From Balanoglossus misakiensis (lineage: Eukaryota > Animalia > Hemichordata): 64,000 bases of DNA. Positions 1 through 13,962 of the stretch are shown piece by piece (position 1 is the stretch's first letter; every line of letters begins with the position of its first letter). The translations under genes were made by a program, and so were the position numbers. A model generated the notes under the pieces. That model had not been told where the DNA came from. It ran no database searches and was given only the letters and a program-made list of their open reading frames with translations. The stretch is taken from the NCBI GenBank assembly GCA_040954595.2, contig CM082593.2:10053200-10117199 (forward strand), given 5' to 3'.

Positions 1-184
1 GAAAATCTGATTAACTCATCTAAGCATTTTAGCTAAGTTGTATATTTTTTAATTATAATCATACAAAATACTTAAAAAATAAAAACAATGTTCAGTTTTA
101 ATACCCACTGATGAGGGGAAACATCAGTTTCAAATTCTTTTCATGGGAGCGCTTGAGCAGAGTTATGAGTTTTGCTCTGTGAAA

Positions 185-328
185 GAAAATGGGGGGATTT
201 CAAAATTTTGGCAGTTCGGAAGGGGGATTTCAAAATATTTCGGGTTGTGAAAGGGGGGGGGCATGTGAAAATTAGCGGTAAAAGATGAATTCCCCCCCCC
301 TCCAGAGGTGTTTGTGAATGCAGCCTAA
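185..328. mobile_element. Probable right-end fragment of a PIF/Harbinger-like MITE
   Basis: Repeated gggggatttcaaaa and G/C runs ending ccccc...gtgtttgtgaatgcagcc-TAA. No matching left end in the window; the call rests on resemblance only. Confidence 0.3.
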
Positions 329-828
329 GAAAGAAAAAATGTGAAATGGGTCAAATATGGGCCGGACGTGCCCATTCAACTCAATTTACTTTTGTTTGCT
401 TTAAGTAGGAATTGATCACAGCTATATTTATTTTGGACACCTGAGCGACAAGAAAACAATTTGATTCTACATTTTAAAAAGCGTCATTGGAAAAGCACTG
501 CAATTTTGTTTCTTGCTTTAAAAAAGTTTGGGGTGGCATGTAATAATTAAGGTGTGTCTAAATTACTAATTTGGTGCACCTCAAAGCCCTTAGCCAATGT
601 AAATTATATCCTGCATTGTATTCATGAAGGATATCCTCCCGCGAGGTCAATGCCATTCAATGTCAAACAGTCTCAACAAGGACCATTGGACACTCATAGC
701 CGTTTTGTATGAAAGTGACTGGAGTACGAGATGAGTTTCATGACAACAACAAATCATGCTCAGTCTCGCTGCAGGGTCTATAATTTCAATAACGGCTAGA
801 CGCTGGACACTATCTTAGGTAACACTTT

Positions 829-884
829 AGGGTCATAGTGCTGGAACGACATGTTTAAACAGGTCGTTCCGGCACTCTGACCCT
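829..884. repeat. 56-bp near-perfect palindrome, probable MITE remnant
   Basis: agggtcatagtgctggaacgacatgttt|aaacaggtcgttccggcactctgaccct, 25 of 28 pairs complementary, followed by gtcgtttcagccc-like repeats. Confidence 0.7.
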
Positions 885-1940
885 TTCGGCCCCAGTCGTT
901 TCAGCCCCCATTTTCCACGACCCAAGTCGTTACAGCCCGGACAGTAACACCCCAAACATTTCAACACTTATCAGGGAAGACCTTAGCCCAACTATTAAAA
1001 CTTGGCTTGAACCTACTTAAGTTCTCCGCATGAAATATGAGGGAGCGTTGTCAGAGGACGACAGCTACGCACACTTTGGGCGTGACCGAATCAAACAGAA
1101 TTGAATATTCTATATTCGGAAAAAACACCTTATCTCCGTTTTGCCGTTGACAAACCGATTTCTGTCATGACAGTTACTCCCGGGGACTGTGACAGACCAT
1201 ATACAAACAGTAGAGGCCGCGCGCTGGGGGTCTACACAAGTCACTACAGCTGATGTAAGCAAGTACAACATGCTTTGCTTGCAGGAATGTTCCATTTTCA
1301 ATAGAGGGGTGTGTATATTCAGAGGGAATGTCAGTCGGGGCCCTGGCTGGCAACATGCGGCGTATATATTGACAATTTTAGCCGGGAGACCAGGGCGTCG
1401 ATCTAAAATACAACGCTCGGGGACAGTCGAGCAAGTCCTGCTGAGCTGAAAGATAGTAGTCTTGGCAACGATCGAGGTCGCTTAGTAACAAATGGATAAC
1501 AAGTGATCTATCAAATGTTGACGGGCGCCAGTGGTTGGATGATATAATTAAAGGCACGTAAGCTGTAACTGGATAAAAAATTAAAGTTTTAAATAATCTC
1601 ATATATGCTTTTAATTATGTCTATTAAATGCTATTTCATGATAATATATCAAGCTCAACACTTATTTATGACAAAATGGCCAAAAATTAAAGAAAAACGA
1701 AAATTCCTGCAATTTTAAAAAAAAGCGCAATATTGCAATGAAAAATGAAAATCTGATGTCTCAGTGGTGTACATTTACTTCCATGAGCTCAAGTGGATGA
1801 GATCATGTTTTGTTTATGAAGTTTCACAACCGGAAATGCAACATTTTCATTGTTTCTTGCATTTTCCCACGGTGGCGGCCATAATCGCTTGCGGCAAAGC
1901 TTTATTATTTATCTGGTTAAAACTTGCATATGCACTCATA

Positions 1941-2393
1941 AAAACCGAATGTATGGCAATTTTTCCAAAGTCATGGAACCCAGTTAGAGTCCCAAATGTG
2001 TATCTTTATGGTAAAAGTCTAAACTTTGTGGATACTAAGAAGTACCTTGGTTATATTGTGTCTTCCTCTGGTGATGACAATGCGGACATTCAAAGACAAC
2101 TTCGTTGTGTGTACGCTAGAGCCAATATGCTCATACGTAGATTTAGTCATTGTTCACAACGTGTGAAATGTACGCTCTTTAAGAGTTTCCTGTACAGTAT
2201 GTATTGTATGAATGTGTGGTGTAACTATAACACCAAATGCATGTCAAATCTGAAAATTGCTTATCACAATGCACTGCGTTTGATCTTTGAACTGAAACGA
2301 GACATTAGCATAAGTTACAATTTTGTCACAAAGGATATTATGAACTTTAGCTCGTTGCACCCGAAATGTGTCTTAGTATTGCCTTTGTATTAA
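1941..2393 (+). pseudogene. 5'-truncated non-LTR retrotransposon ORF2 fragment (end of RT and C-terminal region)
   Basis: KTECM...KYLGYIVSSSGDDNADIQRQLRCVYARANMLIRRFSHCSQRVKCTLFKSF...W matches the LINE RT 'KT..M' and 'KYLG' end motifs and the downstream region. The first ~59 aa of ORF 1764-2393 are not homologous. Clade not assigned (possibly CR1/L2 group). Confidence 0.85.
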
Positions 2394-3865
2394 TGGGCTA
2401 GATTCATGGCGTTATATGTCATAAATTAAAAAGACAACCCTTATTGTTTTTGATAATATTTATGTCGGAGAATCCACAATGAAAAATATGTATTTTCAAT
2501 TTCATAACTCAAAATAATTTTCAAATCCATGACCTTATTTTCAACTCCAGTGATCGTACATCCTGAACCTTGTTCCAGTAAATGATTGGTCATTACAGGG
2601 TTAATGGGCACTCTCCCGTTCTCTTCCTCCGCAGTTTCATTCATGTTCTTGTTTGACGGAAATGGGTGTGACCAGACGCTTGAATGTTTTCATGTGGGTT
2701 GAGTTGTTCATCGGGAACGGCCTCCTGGTGTGTCTGTACAGGTACGCAAGGAGAAACTGCCCACAAGAAGCTGCGAGTGAAACTATTTAAGGTAGTATGT
2801 GCCTCGCGGTCCGAGATTCAGACAAATGATAGTCCTCAAAACTTTTTCAAGTCATTGATTTACTAAAGTGTGTGGTGAGTCTCTTTGAAAACAACAACAA
2901 TATTACTCATCATATTGTATTTTTTTGAAACTATAAAATGAAGTTGACAATGCACCAAACAGATTCTATTTATTTCTTCATGACCATGTTCACCCCAAGG
3001 TCATATGGACCTGCAAGTATATGCCAGAGCCAGAGTCGACATTACCGAAGCCAGAGTTTAAAGCTTACAGGTCACCCCTTGCCAGCTCATGACTAGCTAA
3101 ACTGCCATGGATGCCAAGAGATATAGGACTACGGTAACCTGTAGATGGTTTCAGTATGTTTGAAGAAAGTGGTGGCGCACTTTTGGCTACATTTGAAATG
3201 GCTATGGTACCAGTGGTTGAATTTGCAAAGGTGACCTTTGACCTGGCATCTTTAAAGATATTAAAGAACGATTTACCATTCCTTGTTGTCGTAAAATGAC
3301 ATCTGTAATAACTTATATTTTATCTGTTCATCTTGAAGTACTTTATATTTAAACGCCAATTTTCCATTCCAATAAATTGTAATATGCATGTTGATTTTAC
3401 AAAAACTCCTTACTTCCAAGTGAATTCTGTTACACATCACGTAACTATTTTCCCCACGAATTCTTCAGTTGCTAACTCGGAAATTTCATATATTGGGCAG
3501 AAATTGGATACATTACCCAGCCATTAAAATTACAGTTTTCTATTTTAATTGATCGTCCATAACTTCAAGTACTTTGACTTGACATACATTAAAAACATCA
3601 TGGTGAATAAATAAAATTATTTGATTATCTAATTGTGCATGTTTACATGGTTTTATTTTAGTATGCTGGGTACTTAATGTCTAATGGCTCGCTGATTTTA
3701 TATTGTTCAAGATGACAATCTAATTTTAGTTTTCAGCTGATAATTGAAATCAATGATTCAAAAAAATTGAATTTTGACATGAATAAACTTCTTGTTCATG
3801 GCAGTTGCTGTGTTTTGTTTCATTTGTATTCAATTTTTGCAAGCATACCATTGAGCACAGTTTGA

Positions 3866-5059
3866 TTTGATTAAACACGTTTATCGGAAAATTTTGTCAT
3901 TTGAAATATCTGTTTTTGCGCCCTCTACCATTTGACCAAATGATTCTCTTATTTTGGTGGCCTTTGTCTGTGTATATGAGAATATATATGAGACAGTTGG
4001 GATTATAGTCATAATCTACCTTAGTTTGTTGTCAACAACCAGATGTGGTCGCATTCCGTGCATCCGTGCATATTTTGGAACAACGACTTTGATTAAACAC
4101 GTTTATCGGAAAATTTTGTCATTTGAAATATCTGTTTTTGCGCCCTCTACCATTTGACCAAATGATTCTCTTATTTTGGTGGCCTTTGTCTGTGTATATG
4201 AGAATACTATAGTACTCTCGCATCGATCATAGTAGAAGTTGAAAACGTCTCTTGCCACGTGGCCTGGAAGAAAGGCGATCTTTAGAGTAAAAAAAAACAA
4301 ACTATCCAGATAGGAAGCTAGAAAAGAAGTTGAATCGTTGAAATTTTATTTATTTTATATTGTTAATATCGTTGGTGATGTTGACTGGCCGACAATCTTT
4401 GTCACACGAGTCTTTGCAGGCAGATTAAAACATTGCCTATTCCAGCAATAATCACAACAGGAGTGTGTCACACAGGAGACAGTTGGGATTATAGTCATAA
4501 TCTACCTTAGTTTGTTGTCAACAACCAGATGTGGTCGCATTCCGTGCATCCGTGCATATTTTGGAACAACGACTTTGATTAAACACGTTTATCGGAAAAT
4601 TTTGTCATTTGAAATATCTGTTTTTGCGCCCTCTACCATTTGACCAAATGATTCTCTTATTTTGGTGGCCTTTGTCTGTGTATATGAGAATACTATAGTA
4701 CTCTCGCATCGATCATAGTAGAAGTTGAAAACGTCTCTTGCCACGTGGCCTGGAAGAAAGGCGATCTTTAGAGTAAAAAAAAACAAACTATCCAGATAGG
4801 AAGCTAGAAAAGAAGTTGAATCGTTGAAATTTTATTTATTTTATATTGTTAATATCGTTGGTGATGTTGACTGGCCGACAATCTTTGTCACACGAGTCTT
4901 TGCAGGCAGATTAAAACATTGCCTATTCCAGCAATAATCACAACAGGAGTGTGTCACACAGGAGACAGTTGGGATTATAGTCATAATCTACCTTAGTTTG
5001 TTGTCAACAACCAGATGTGGTCGCATTCCGTGCATCCGTGCATATTTTGGAACAACGAC
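3866..5059. repeat. 486-bp tandem repeat: one internally deleted copy and two full copies
   Basis: Units begin tttgattaaacacg at 3866, 4088 and 4574. Identical ORFs at 4103 and 4589 are 486 bp apart. The first copy is 222 bp. Confidence 0.93.
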
Positions 5060-5930
5060 TCTATCGAACAGACGTATTTCAAACACCTTGGAGAAAAACA
5101 TCGATGACCAGTGGAATTGACTGTCGCTTGAAATCCGATAGGAATACACCTGTTTACGGTGGACGATACCGACACTCCTCTGCTAACTTAATCTGCTCTG
5201 CTAACTATACCTGCTTTGATTAAGTTGCGTCTAAAACTTTCCTTACAATACAATGTGGGTCTCGACTGTCGGTCCCAACTATAGCGACGACAGCCTCGGT
5301 ATGATTCGCCGATAGCAATCCGGAGATGAAATTTGCATACAGCAATATCTTTCAAGATAAATAATTTATGTCCTAAAGGTATTACTTTTAGTGGTCTGAC
5401 GGAGATGTTTTCTGCTGTAACATGCAAAACCTGCGGCGGACCTGAGGTCATGTTGCGAACACTGTAGTTTTGTTACGCCCGCCATCCTTCGGACGTTTAC
5501 CTCATCGGGGCTTCTTTGGGGAATCAGCCACGTCCGAAGGGTGAGAGTGTAAATTCTCTCCCTCTCCTTCTCCACCCAACATATTCATAGAGTCAGAGAG
5601 AGGTACCCGGCATATCGTAAACTTAACGAGAGGCATAACGAGACTTACAACAAGTTTTCCGAGTAACACAAATAGTTCTGGTTTATTACTGGTCACACGT
5701 AAGAATTACACGACTCTATCCATGCTCGTTGACTCCCGTCACGGATCTCCGGTGATAATAATGTGATATCAAATTTCACCACCTCTTATTAATACGTTAG
5801 TCAAGTATTATGCCATAAAAGGAACACGTCATCTTAATATTTCTTAAACATGAACTTAGCGCGTGATATCTCTATCTCGTTCTGACATGTATCAATTACA
5901 CAATCTTGTTTACTCTGAGTCAAGTACCTA

Positions 5931-8900
5931 TGTTTTTTGATGATTTTCACCGATGTTTTTTTTTCAAAAATCGACGAACCCATGATTTTTTTCAAAATCG
6001 ACGAAATTTTGAGATTTTGCAAAGTCGAAAATGTTTCATTTTTTGATGATTTTCACCCATGATTTTTTTCAAAAATCTACGAAATTTTGAGATTTTGCAA
6101 ACTCGAAAATTTGTCATTTTTTGATGATTTTCACCCATGATTTTTTTTAAAAGTCGACGAACCCATAATTTTTTTCAAAATCGACGAAATTTTGAGATTT
6201 TGCAGTCTAAAATGTTTCATTTTTTGATGATTTTCACCCATGTTTTTTTTTCAAAAATCGACGAACCCATGTTTTTTTTCAAAAGTCGACGAAATTTTGA
6301 GATTTTGTAGTCTTAAATTTGTCATTTTTTGATGGTTTTCACCCATGTTTTTTTAAAAAATCGACGAACCCGTGATTTTTTTCAAAATCGACGAAATTTT
6401 GAGATTTTGCAAAATCAAAAATTTGTCATTTTTTGATGATTTTCACCCATGTTTTTTTTTTTCAAAAATCGACGAACGCATGTTTTTTTTCAAAAATCGA
6501 CGAAATTTTGAGATTTTGCAGTCGAAAATTTGTCATTTTTTGATGGTTTTCCCCCATGTTTTTTTTAAAAAATCGACGAACCCGTGATTTTTTTCAAAAT
6601 CGACGAAATTTTGAGATTTTGCAAAATCAAAAATTTGTCATTTTTTGATGATTTTCACCCATGATTTTTTCAAAAATCGACGAACCCATATTTTTTTTCA
6701 AAATCGACGAAATTTTGAGATTTTGCAAAGTCGAAAATTTGTCATTTTTTGATGATTTTCACCCATGTTTTTTTTTTTTTTAAATCGACGAACACATGTT
6801 TTTTTTTTCAAAAATCGACGATATTTTGAGATTTTGCAGTCGAAAATTTGTCATTTTGTTGATTTTCACCCATGTTTTTTTTAAACAATCGACGAACCCA
6901 TGATTTTTTTTCAAAATCGACGAACTTTTGAGATTTTGCAAAATCGAAAATTTGTCATTTTTTGATGATTTTCACCAATGATTTTTTTTCAAAAATCGAC
7001 GAACCCATAATTTTTTTCAAAATCGACGAAATTTTGAGATTTTGCAAAGTCGAAAATTTTTCATTTTTTGATGATTTTCACCCATGTTTTTTTTTAAAAA
7101 TCAACGAACCCATGATTTTTTTTCAAAATCGACGAAATTTTGAAATTTTGCAGTCGAAAATTTGTAAATTTTTGATGATTTTCACCCATGTTTTTTTAAA
7201 AAATCAACGAACCCATGATTTTTTTCAAAATCGACGAAATTTTGAGATTTTGCAAAGTCGAAAATTCACCCATGTTTTTTTTCAAAAATCGACGAACCCA
7301 TAATTTTTTTCAAAATCGACGAAATTTTGAGATTTTGCAAAATCAAAAATTTGTCATTTTTTGATGATTTTCACCATGATTTTTTTCAAAAATCGACCAC
7401 ATTTTGAGATTTTGCAGTCGAAAATTTGTAATTTTTTGATGATTTTCACCCATGTTTTTTTTGTCAAAAATCGACGAACCCATGATATTTTTCGAAATCG
7501 ACGAAATTTTGAGATTTTGCAGTCGAAAATTTATCATTTTTTGATGATTTTCACCCATGATTTTTTTCAAAAATCGACGAACCCATAATTTTTTTCAAAA
7601 TCGACGAAATTTTGAGATTTTCCAAATAAAAAATTTGTCATTTTTTGATTATTTTCATCATGATTTTTTTCAAAAATCGACCAAATTTTGAGATTTTGCA
7701 GTCGAAAATTTGTAATTTTTTGATGATTTTCACCCATGTTTTTTTTAAAAATCAACGAACCCATGATTTTTTTTCAAAATCGACGAAATTTTGAAATTTT
7801 GCAGTCGAAAATTTGTAAATTTTTGATGATTTTCACCCATGTTTTTTTAAAAAATCAACGAACCCATGATTTTTTTCAAAATCGACGAAATTTTGAGATT
7901 TTGCAAAGTCGAAAATTCACCCATGTTTTTTTTCAAAAATCGACGAACCCATAATTTTTTTCAAAATCGACGAAATTTTGAGATTTTGCAAAATCAAAAA
8001 TTTGTCATTTTTTGATGATTTTCACCATGATTTTTTTCAAAAATCGACCAAATTTTGAGATTTTGCAGTCGAAAATTTGTGATTTTTTGATGATTTTCAC
8101 CCATGTTTTTTTTTTCAAAAATCGACGAACCCATGATTTTTTTCGAAATCGACGAAATTTTGAGACTTTGCAGTCGAAAATTTATCATTTTTTGATGATT
8201 TTCACCCATGATTTTTTTCAAAAATCGACGAACCCATAATTTTTTTCAAAATCGACGAAATTTTGAGATTTTGCAAAGTCGAAAATTTTTCATTTTTTGA
8301 TGATTTTCACCCATGTTTTTTTAAAAAATCAACGAACCCATGATTTTTTTTCAAAATCGACGAAATTTTGAAATTTTGCAAAATCAAAAATTTGTCGTTT
8401 TTTTGAGGATTTTCACCCATGATTTTTTTTCAAAAATTGACGAAATTTTGAGATTTTGCAGTCGAAAATTTGTAAATTTTTGATGATTTTCACCCATGTT
8501 TTTTAAAAAAATCAACGAACCCATGATTTTTTTCAAAATCGACGAAATTTTGAGATTTTGCAAAGTCAAAAATGTTTCATTTTTTGATGATTTTCACCCA
8601 TGTTTTTTTTTCAAAAATCGACGAAATTTTGAGATTTTGCAGTCGAAAATTTGTAATTTTTTGATGATTTTCACCCATGTTTTTTTTTCAAAATCGACGA
8701 ACCCATGATTTTTTTCGAAATCGACGAAATTTTGAGATTTTGCAGTCGAAAATTTATCATTTTTTGATGATTTTCACCCATGATTTTTTTCAAAAATTGA
8801 CGAACCCATAATTTTTTTCAAAATCGACGAAATTTTGAGATTTTGCAAAGTCGAAAATTTTTCATTTTTTGATGATTTTCACCCATGTTTTTTTAAAAAA

Positions 8901-11420
8901 TCAACGAACCCATGATTTTTTTTCAAAATCGACGAAATTTTGAAATTTTGCAAAATCAAAAATTTGTCGTTTTTTTGAGGATTTTCACCCATGATTTTTT
9001 TTCAAAAATTGACGAAATTTTGAGATTTTGCAGTCGAAAATTTGTAAATTTTTGATGATTTTCACCCATGTTTTTTAAAAAAATCAACGAACCCATGATT
9101 TTTTTCAAAATCGACGAAAGTTTGAGATTTTGCAAAGTCAAAAATGTTTCATTTTTTGATGATTTTCACCCGTTTTTTTTTCAAAAATCGACGAAATTTT
9201 GAGATTTTGCAGTCAAAAATGTTTCATTTTTTGTTGATTTTCACCAATGTTTTTTTTTTTTCAAAAATCGACGAACGCATGTTTTTTTTTCAAAAATCGA
9301 CGAAATTTTGAGATTTTGCAGTCAAAAATGTTTCATTTTTTGTTGATTTTCACCAATGTTTTTTTTTTTTCAAAAATCGACGAACGCATGTTTTTTTTTC
9401 AAAAATCGACGAAATTTTGAGATTTTGCAGTCGAAAATTTGTCATTTTTTGATGGTTTTCACCCATGTTTTTCTAAAAAATCGACGAACTCGTGATTTTT
9501 TTTCAAAATCGACGAAATTTTGAGATTTTGCAAAATCAAAAATTTGTCATTTTTTTGATGATTTTCACCCATGATTTTTTTTCAAAAATCGACAAAATTT
9601 TAAGATTTTGCAAAGTCGAAAATTTGTAATTTTTTGATGATTTTCACCCATGTTTTTTTTCAAAAATCAACGAACCCATAATTTTTTTTCAAAATTCGAC
9701 GAAATTTTGAGATTTTGCAAAGTCGAAAATTTGTCATTTTTTGATGATTTTCACCCATGATTTTTTTCAAAAATCACGAACCCATAATTTTTTTCAAAAT
9801 CGACGAAATTTTGAGATTTTGCAAAGTCGAAAATTTGTCATTTTTTGATGATTTTCACCCATGTTTTTTTTCAAAAATCGACGAACCCATGTTTTTTTTC
9901 AAAAATCGACGATATTTTGAGATTTCGCAAAGTTGAAAATTTGACATTTGTTGATGATTTTCATGAGCTATAGCCAATGATTTTTTTTTCAAAAATCGAC
10001 GAAATTTTGAGATTTTGCAGTCGAAAATTTGTCATTTTGTTGATTTTCACCCATGTTTTTTTTAAACAATCGACGAACCCATGATTTTTTTTCAAAATCG
10101 ACGAATTTTTGAGATTTTGCAAAATCGAAAATTTGTCATTTTTTGATGATTTTCACCCTTGATTTTTTTTCAAAAATCGACGAACCCATAATTTTTTTCA
10201 AAATCGACGAAATTTTGAGGTTTTGCAAAGTCGAAAATTTTTCATTTTTTGATGATTTTCACCCATGTTTTTTTTAAAAATCAACGAACCCATGATTTTT
10301 TTTCAAAATCGACGAAATTTTGAAATTTTGCAGTCGAAAATTTGTAAATTTTTGATGATTTTCACCCATGTTTTTTTTAAAAATCAACGAACCCATGATT
10401 TTTTTCAAAATCGACGAAATTTTGAGATTTTGCAAAGTCGAAAATTCACCCATGTTTTTTTTCAAAAATCGACGAACCCATAATTTTTTTCAAAATCGAC
10501 GAAATTTTGAGATTTTGCAAAATCAAAAATTTGTCATTTTTTGATGATTTTCACCATGATTTTTTTCAAAAATCGACGAAATTTTGAGATTTTGCAGTTC
10601 GAAAATTTGTAATTTTTTGATGATTTTCACCCATGTTTTTTTTTCAAAAATCGACGAACCCATGATTTTTTTCAAAATCGACGAAATTTTGAGATTTTGC
10701 AAAGTCGAAAATTCACCCATGTTTTTTTTCAAAAATCGACGAACCCATAATTTTTTTCAAAATCGACGAAATTTTGAGATTTTGCAAAATCAAAAATTTG
10801 TCATTTTTTGATGATTTTCACCATGGTTTTTTTCAAAAATCGACCAAATTTTGAGATTTTGCAGTCGAAAATTTGTAATTTTTTGATGATTTTCACCCAT
10901 GTTTTTTTTTCAAAATCGACGAACCCATGATTTTTTTCGAAATCGACGAAATTTTGAGATTTTGAAGTCGAAAATTTGTCATTTTTTGATGATTTTCACC
11001 CATGATTTTTTTCAAAAATCGACGAACCCATAATTTTTTTCAAAATCGACGAAATTTTGAGATTTCGCAAAGTCGAAAATTTGTCATTTTTTGATGATTT
11101 TCATCCATGTTTTTTTTCACAATTCAACGAACCCATGATTGTTTTCAAAATCGACGAAATTTTGAGATTTTGCAAGAACCCATGATTTTTTTCAAATTCG
11201 ACGAAATTTTGAGATTTTGCAAAGTCGAAAATTTGTCATTTTTTGATGATTTTCATCCATGTTTTTTTTTTCAAAATTCAACGAACCCATGATTTTTTTC
11301 AAAATCGACGAAATTTTGAGATTTTGCAAAGTCGAAAATTTGTCATTTTTTGATGATTTTCATCAATGTTTTTTTTTTCAAAATTCAACGAACCCATGAT
11401 TTTTTTCAAAATCGACGAAA
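5931..11420 (+). repeat. Satellite block 1 (78/108-bp family, divergent variants)
   Basis: Tandem catgatttttttcaaaaatcgacgaaattttgagattttgcaaagtcgaaaatttgtcattttttgatgattttcacc, with a frequent extra ~30-bp ...aaaatcgacgaacccatg module and gcagtcg variants. Confidence 0.97.
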
Positions 11421-13962
11421 TTTCGTCGATTTTGAAAAAAATCATGGGTTCGTCGATTTTTGAAAAAAAACATGGGAGAAAATCTTCAAAAAATGGGAAT
11501 TTTGTCGATTTTTGAAAAAAAAAATCATGGGTGAAAATCATCAAAAAATGACAAATTTTCGACTTTGCAAAATCTCAAAATTTCGTCGATTTTTGAGAAA
11601 AATCATGGGTGAAAATCATCAAAAAATGACAAATTTTCGACTTTGCAAAATCTCAAAATTTCGTCGATTTTTGAAAAAAAACATGGATGAAAATCATCAA
11701 AAAATGACAAATTTTCGACTGCAAAATCTCAAAATTTTGTCGATTTTGAAAAAAGTATGGGTTCGTCGATTTTTAAAAAAAATCATGGGTGAAAATCATC
11801 AAAAAATGGCAAATTTTCGACTTTGCAAGAACTTCGAGATTTTCGTCGATTTTTGAAAAAAAAAATCGTTGGGGGGGGGGGGGAAATCATAAAAAAATGA
11901 CAAATTTTCGACTTTGCAAAATCTCAAAATATCGTCGATTTTGGAAAAAAAACATGGGTTCGTCGAAAAAAAAACATGGGTGAAAATCATCAAAAAATGA
12001 CAAATTTTCGACTTTGCAAAATCTCAAAAGTCCGTCGATTTTGAAAAAAACATGGGTGAAAATCTTCAAAAAATGACAAATTTTCGACTTTGCAAAAACT
12101 CAAAATTTCGTCGATTTTTGAAAAAAAATGGGTGAAAATCATCAAAAATGACAAAGTTTCGACTTTGCAAAATCTCAAAATTTCATCGATTTCTGAAAAA
12201 AATCATAGGGGAAAATCATCAAAAAATGACAAATTTTCGACTGCAAAATCTTAAAATTTCGTCAATTTTTGAAAAAAAATCATGGGTAAAAATTATAAAT
12301 AAATGAAAAATTTTCGACTTTGCAAAATCTCAAAATTTCGTCGATTTTTGAAAAAAATCATGGGTGAAAATCATCAAAAAATGACAAATTTTCGACTTTG
12401 CAAAATTTTCAAAATTTCGTCGATTTTTGAACAAAAAAATGGGTTATAGCTTATGAAAATCATCAACAAATGACATATTTTCAACTGCAAAATCTCAAAA
12501 TTTCGTCGATTTTTGAAAAAAAAACATGGATGAAAATCATCAAAAAATGACAAATTTTCGACTGCAAAATCTCAAAATTTTGTCGATTTTGAAAAAAGTA
12601 TGGGTTCGTCGATTTTTAAAAAAAATCACGGGTGAAAATTATCAAAAAATGACAAATTTTCGACTTTGCAAGAACTTCGAGATTTTCGTCGATTTTTGAA
12701 AAAAAAATCGTGGGGGGGGGAAATCATAAAAAAATGACAAATTTTCGACTGCAAAATCTCAAAATATCGTCGAGTTTGGAAAAAAAAACATGGGTTCGTC
12801 GAAAAAAAAACATGGGTGAAAATCATCAAAAAATGACAAATTTTCGACTTTGCAAAATCTCAAAAGTCCGTCGATTTTGAAAAAAACATGGGTGAAAATC
12901 TTCAAAAAATGACAAATTTTCGACTTTGCAAAAACTCAAAATTTCGTCGATTTTTGAAAAAAAATGGGTGAAAATCATCAAAAATGACAAAGTTTCGACT
13001 TTGCAAAATCTCAAAATTTCATCGATTTCTGAAAAAAATCATAGGGGAAAATCATCAAAAAATGACAAATTTTCGACTGCAAAATCTTAAAATTTCGTCA
13101 ATTTTTGAAAAAAATCATGGGTAAAAATCATCAATAAATGAAAAATGTTCGACTTTGCAAAATCTCAAAATTTCGTCGATTTTTGAAAAAAATCATGGGT
13201 GAAAATCATCAAAAAATGACAAATTTTCGACTTTGCAAAATTTTCAAAAATTCGTCGATTTTTGAAAAAAAAATGGGTTATAGCTTATGAAAATCATCAA
13301 CAAATGACAAATTTTCGACTTTGCAAAATCTCAAAATTTCGTCGATTTTGAAAAAAATCATGGGTTCGTCGATTTTTGAAAAAAAAACATGGGTGAAAAT
13401 CTTCAAAAAATGACAAATTTTCGACTTTGCAAAAACTGAAAATTTCGTCGATTTTTGAAAAAAAATAATGGGTGAAAATCATCAAAAAAGACAAAGTTTC
13501 GACTTTGCAAAATCTCAAAATTTCGTCGATTTCTGAAAAAAATCATGGGTAAAATCGTCAAAAAAATTACAGATTTTCGACAGCAAAATCTTAAAATTTC
13601 GTCAATTTTTGAAAACAAATCATGGGTAAAAATCATCAAAAAATGACAAATTTTCGACTTTGCAAAATCACAATATTTCGTCAATTTTTGAAAAAAAAAT
13701 CGTGGGGGGGGGGGGAAATCATCAAAAAAATGACAAATTTTCGACTTTGCAAAATTTTCAAAAATTCGTCGATTTTTGAAAAAAAAAACATGGGTTCGTC
13801 CATTTTTGAAAAAAAAAACATGGGTGAAAATCATCAACAAATGACAAATGTTCAACTTTGCAAAATCTCAAAATATTGTCGATTTTTGAAAAAAAAAACA
13901 TGGGTTCGTCGATTTTTGAAAAAAAAAAAACATGGGTGAAAATCGTCAAAAAATGACAAATT
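11421..13962 (-). repeat. Satellite block 2, inverted orientation
   Basis: Reverse complement monomers (atgggtgaaaatcatcaaaaaatgacaaattttcgactttgcaaaatctc...). Confidence 0.97.

Noticed and set aside
105-130. ctgatgag...gaaac as a hammerhead ribozyme core
   Set aside because: No room for stem II and no clear stems I or III; better read as a small ctgatg/catcag hairpin.
1548-1575. ttaaaggcacgtaagc as a Kolobok left end
   Set aside because: No matching inverted end found.
2787-2810. ttaaggtagtatgtgcctc as a Kolobok left end
   Set aside because: Resembles such a terminus but no partner end was found in the window.
2441-2866. Short ORFs as host exons
   Set aside because: No recognisable domain or consistent splice structure.
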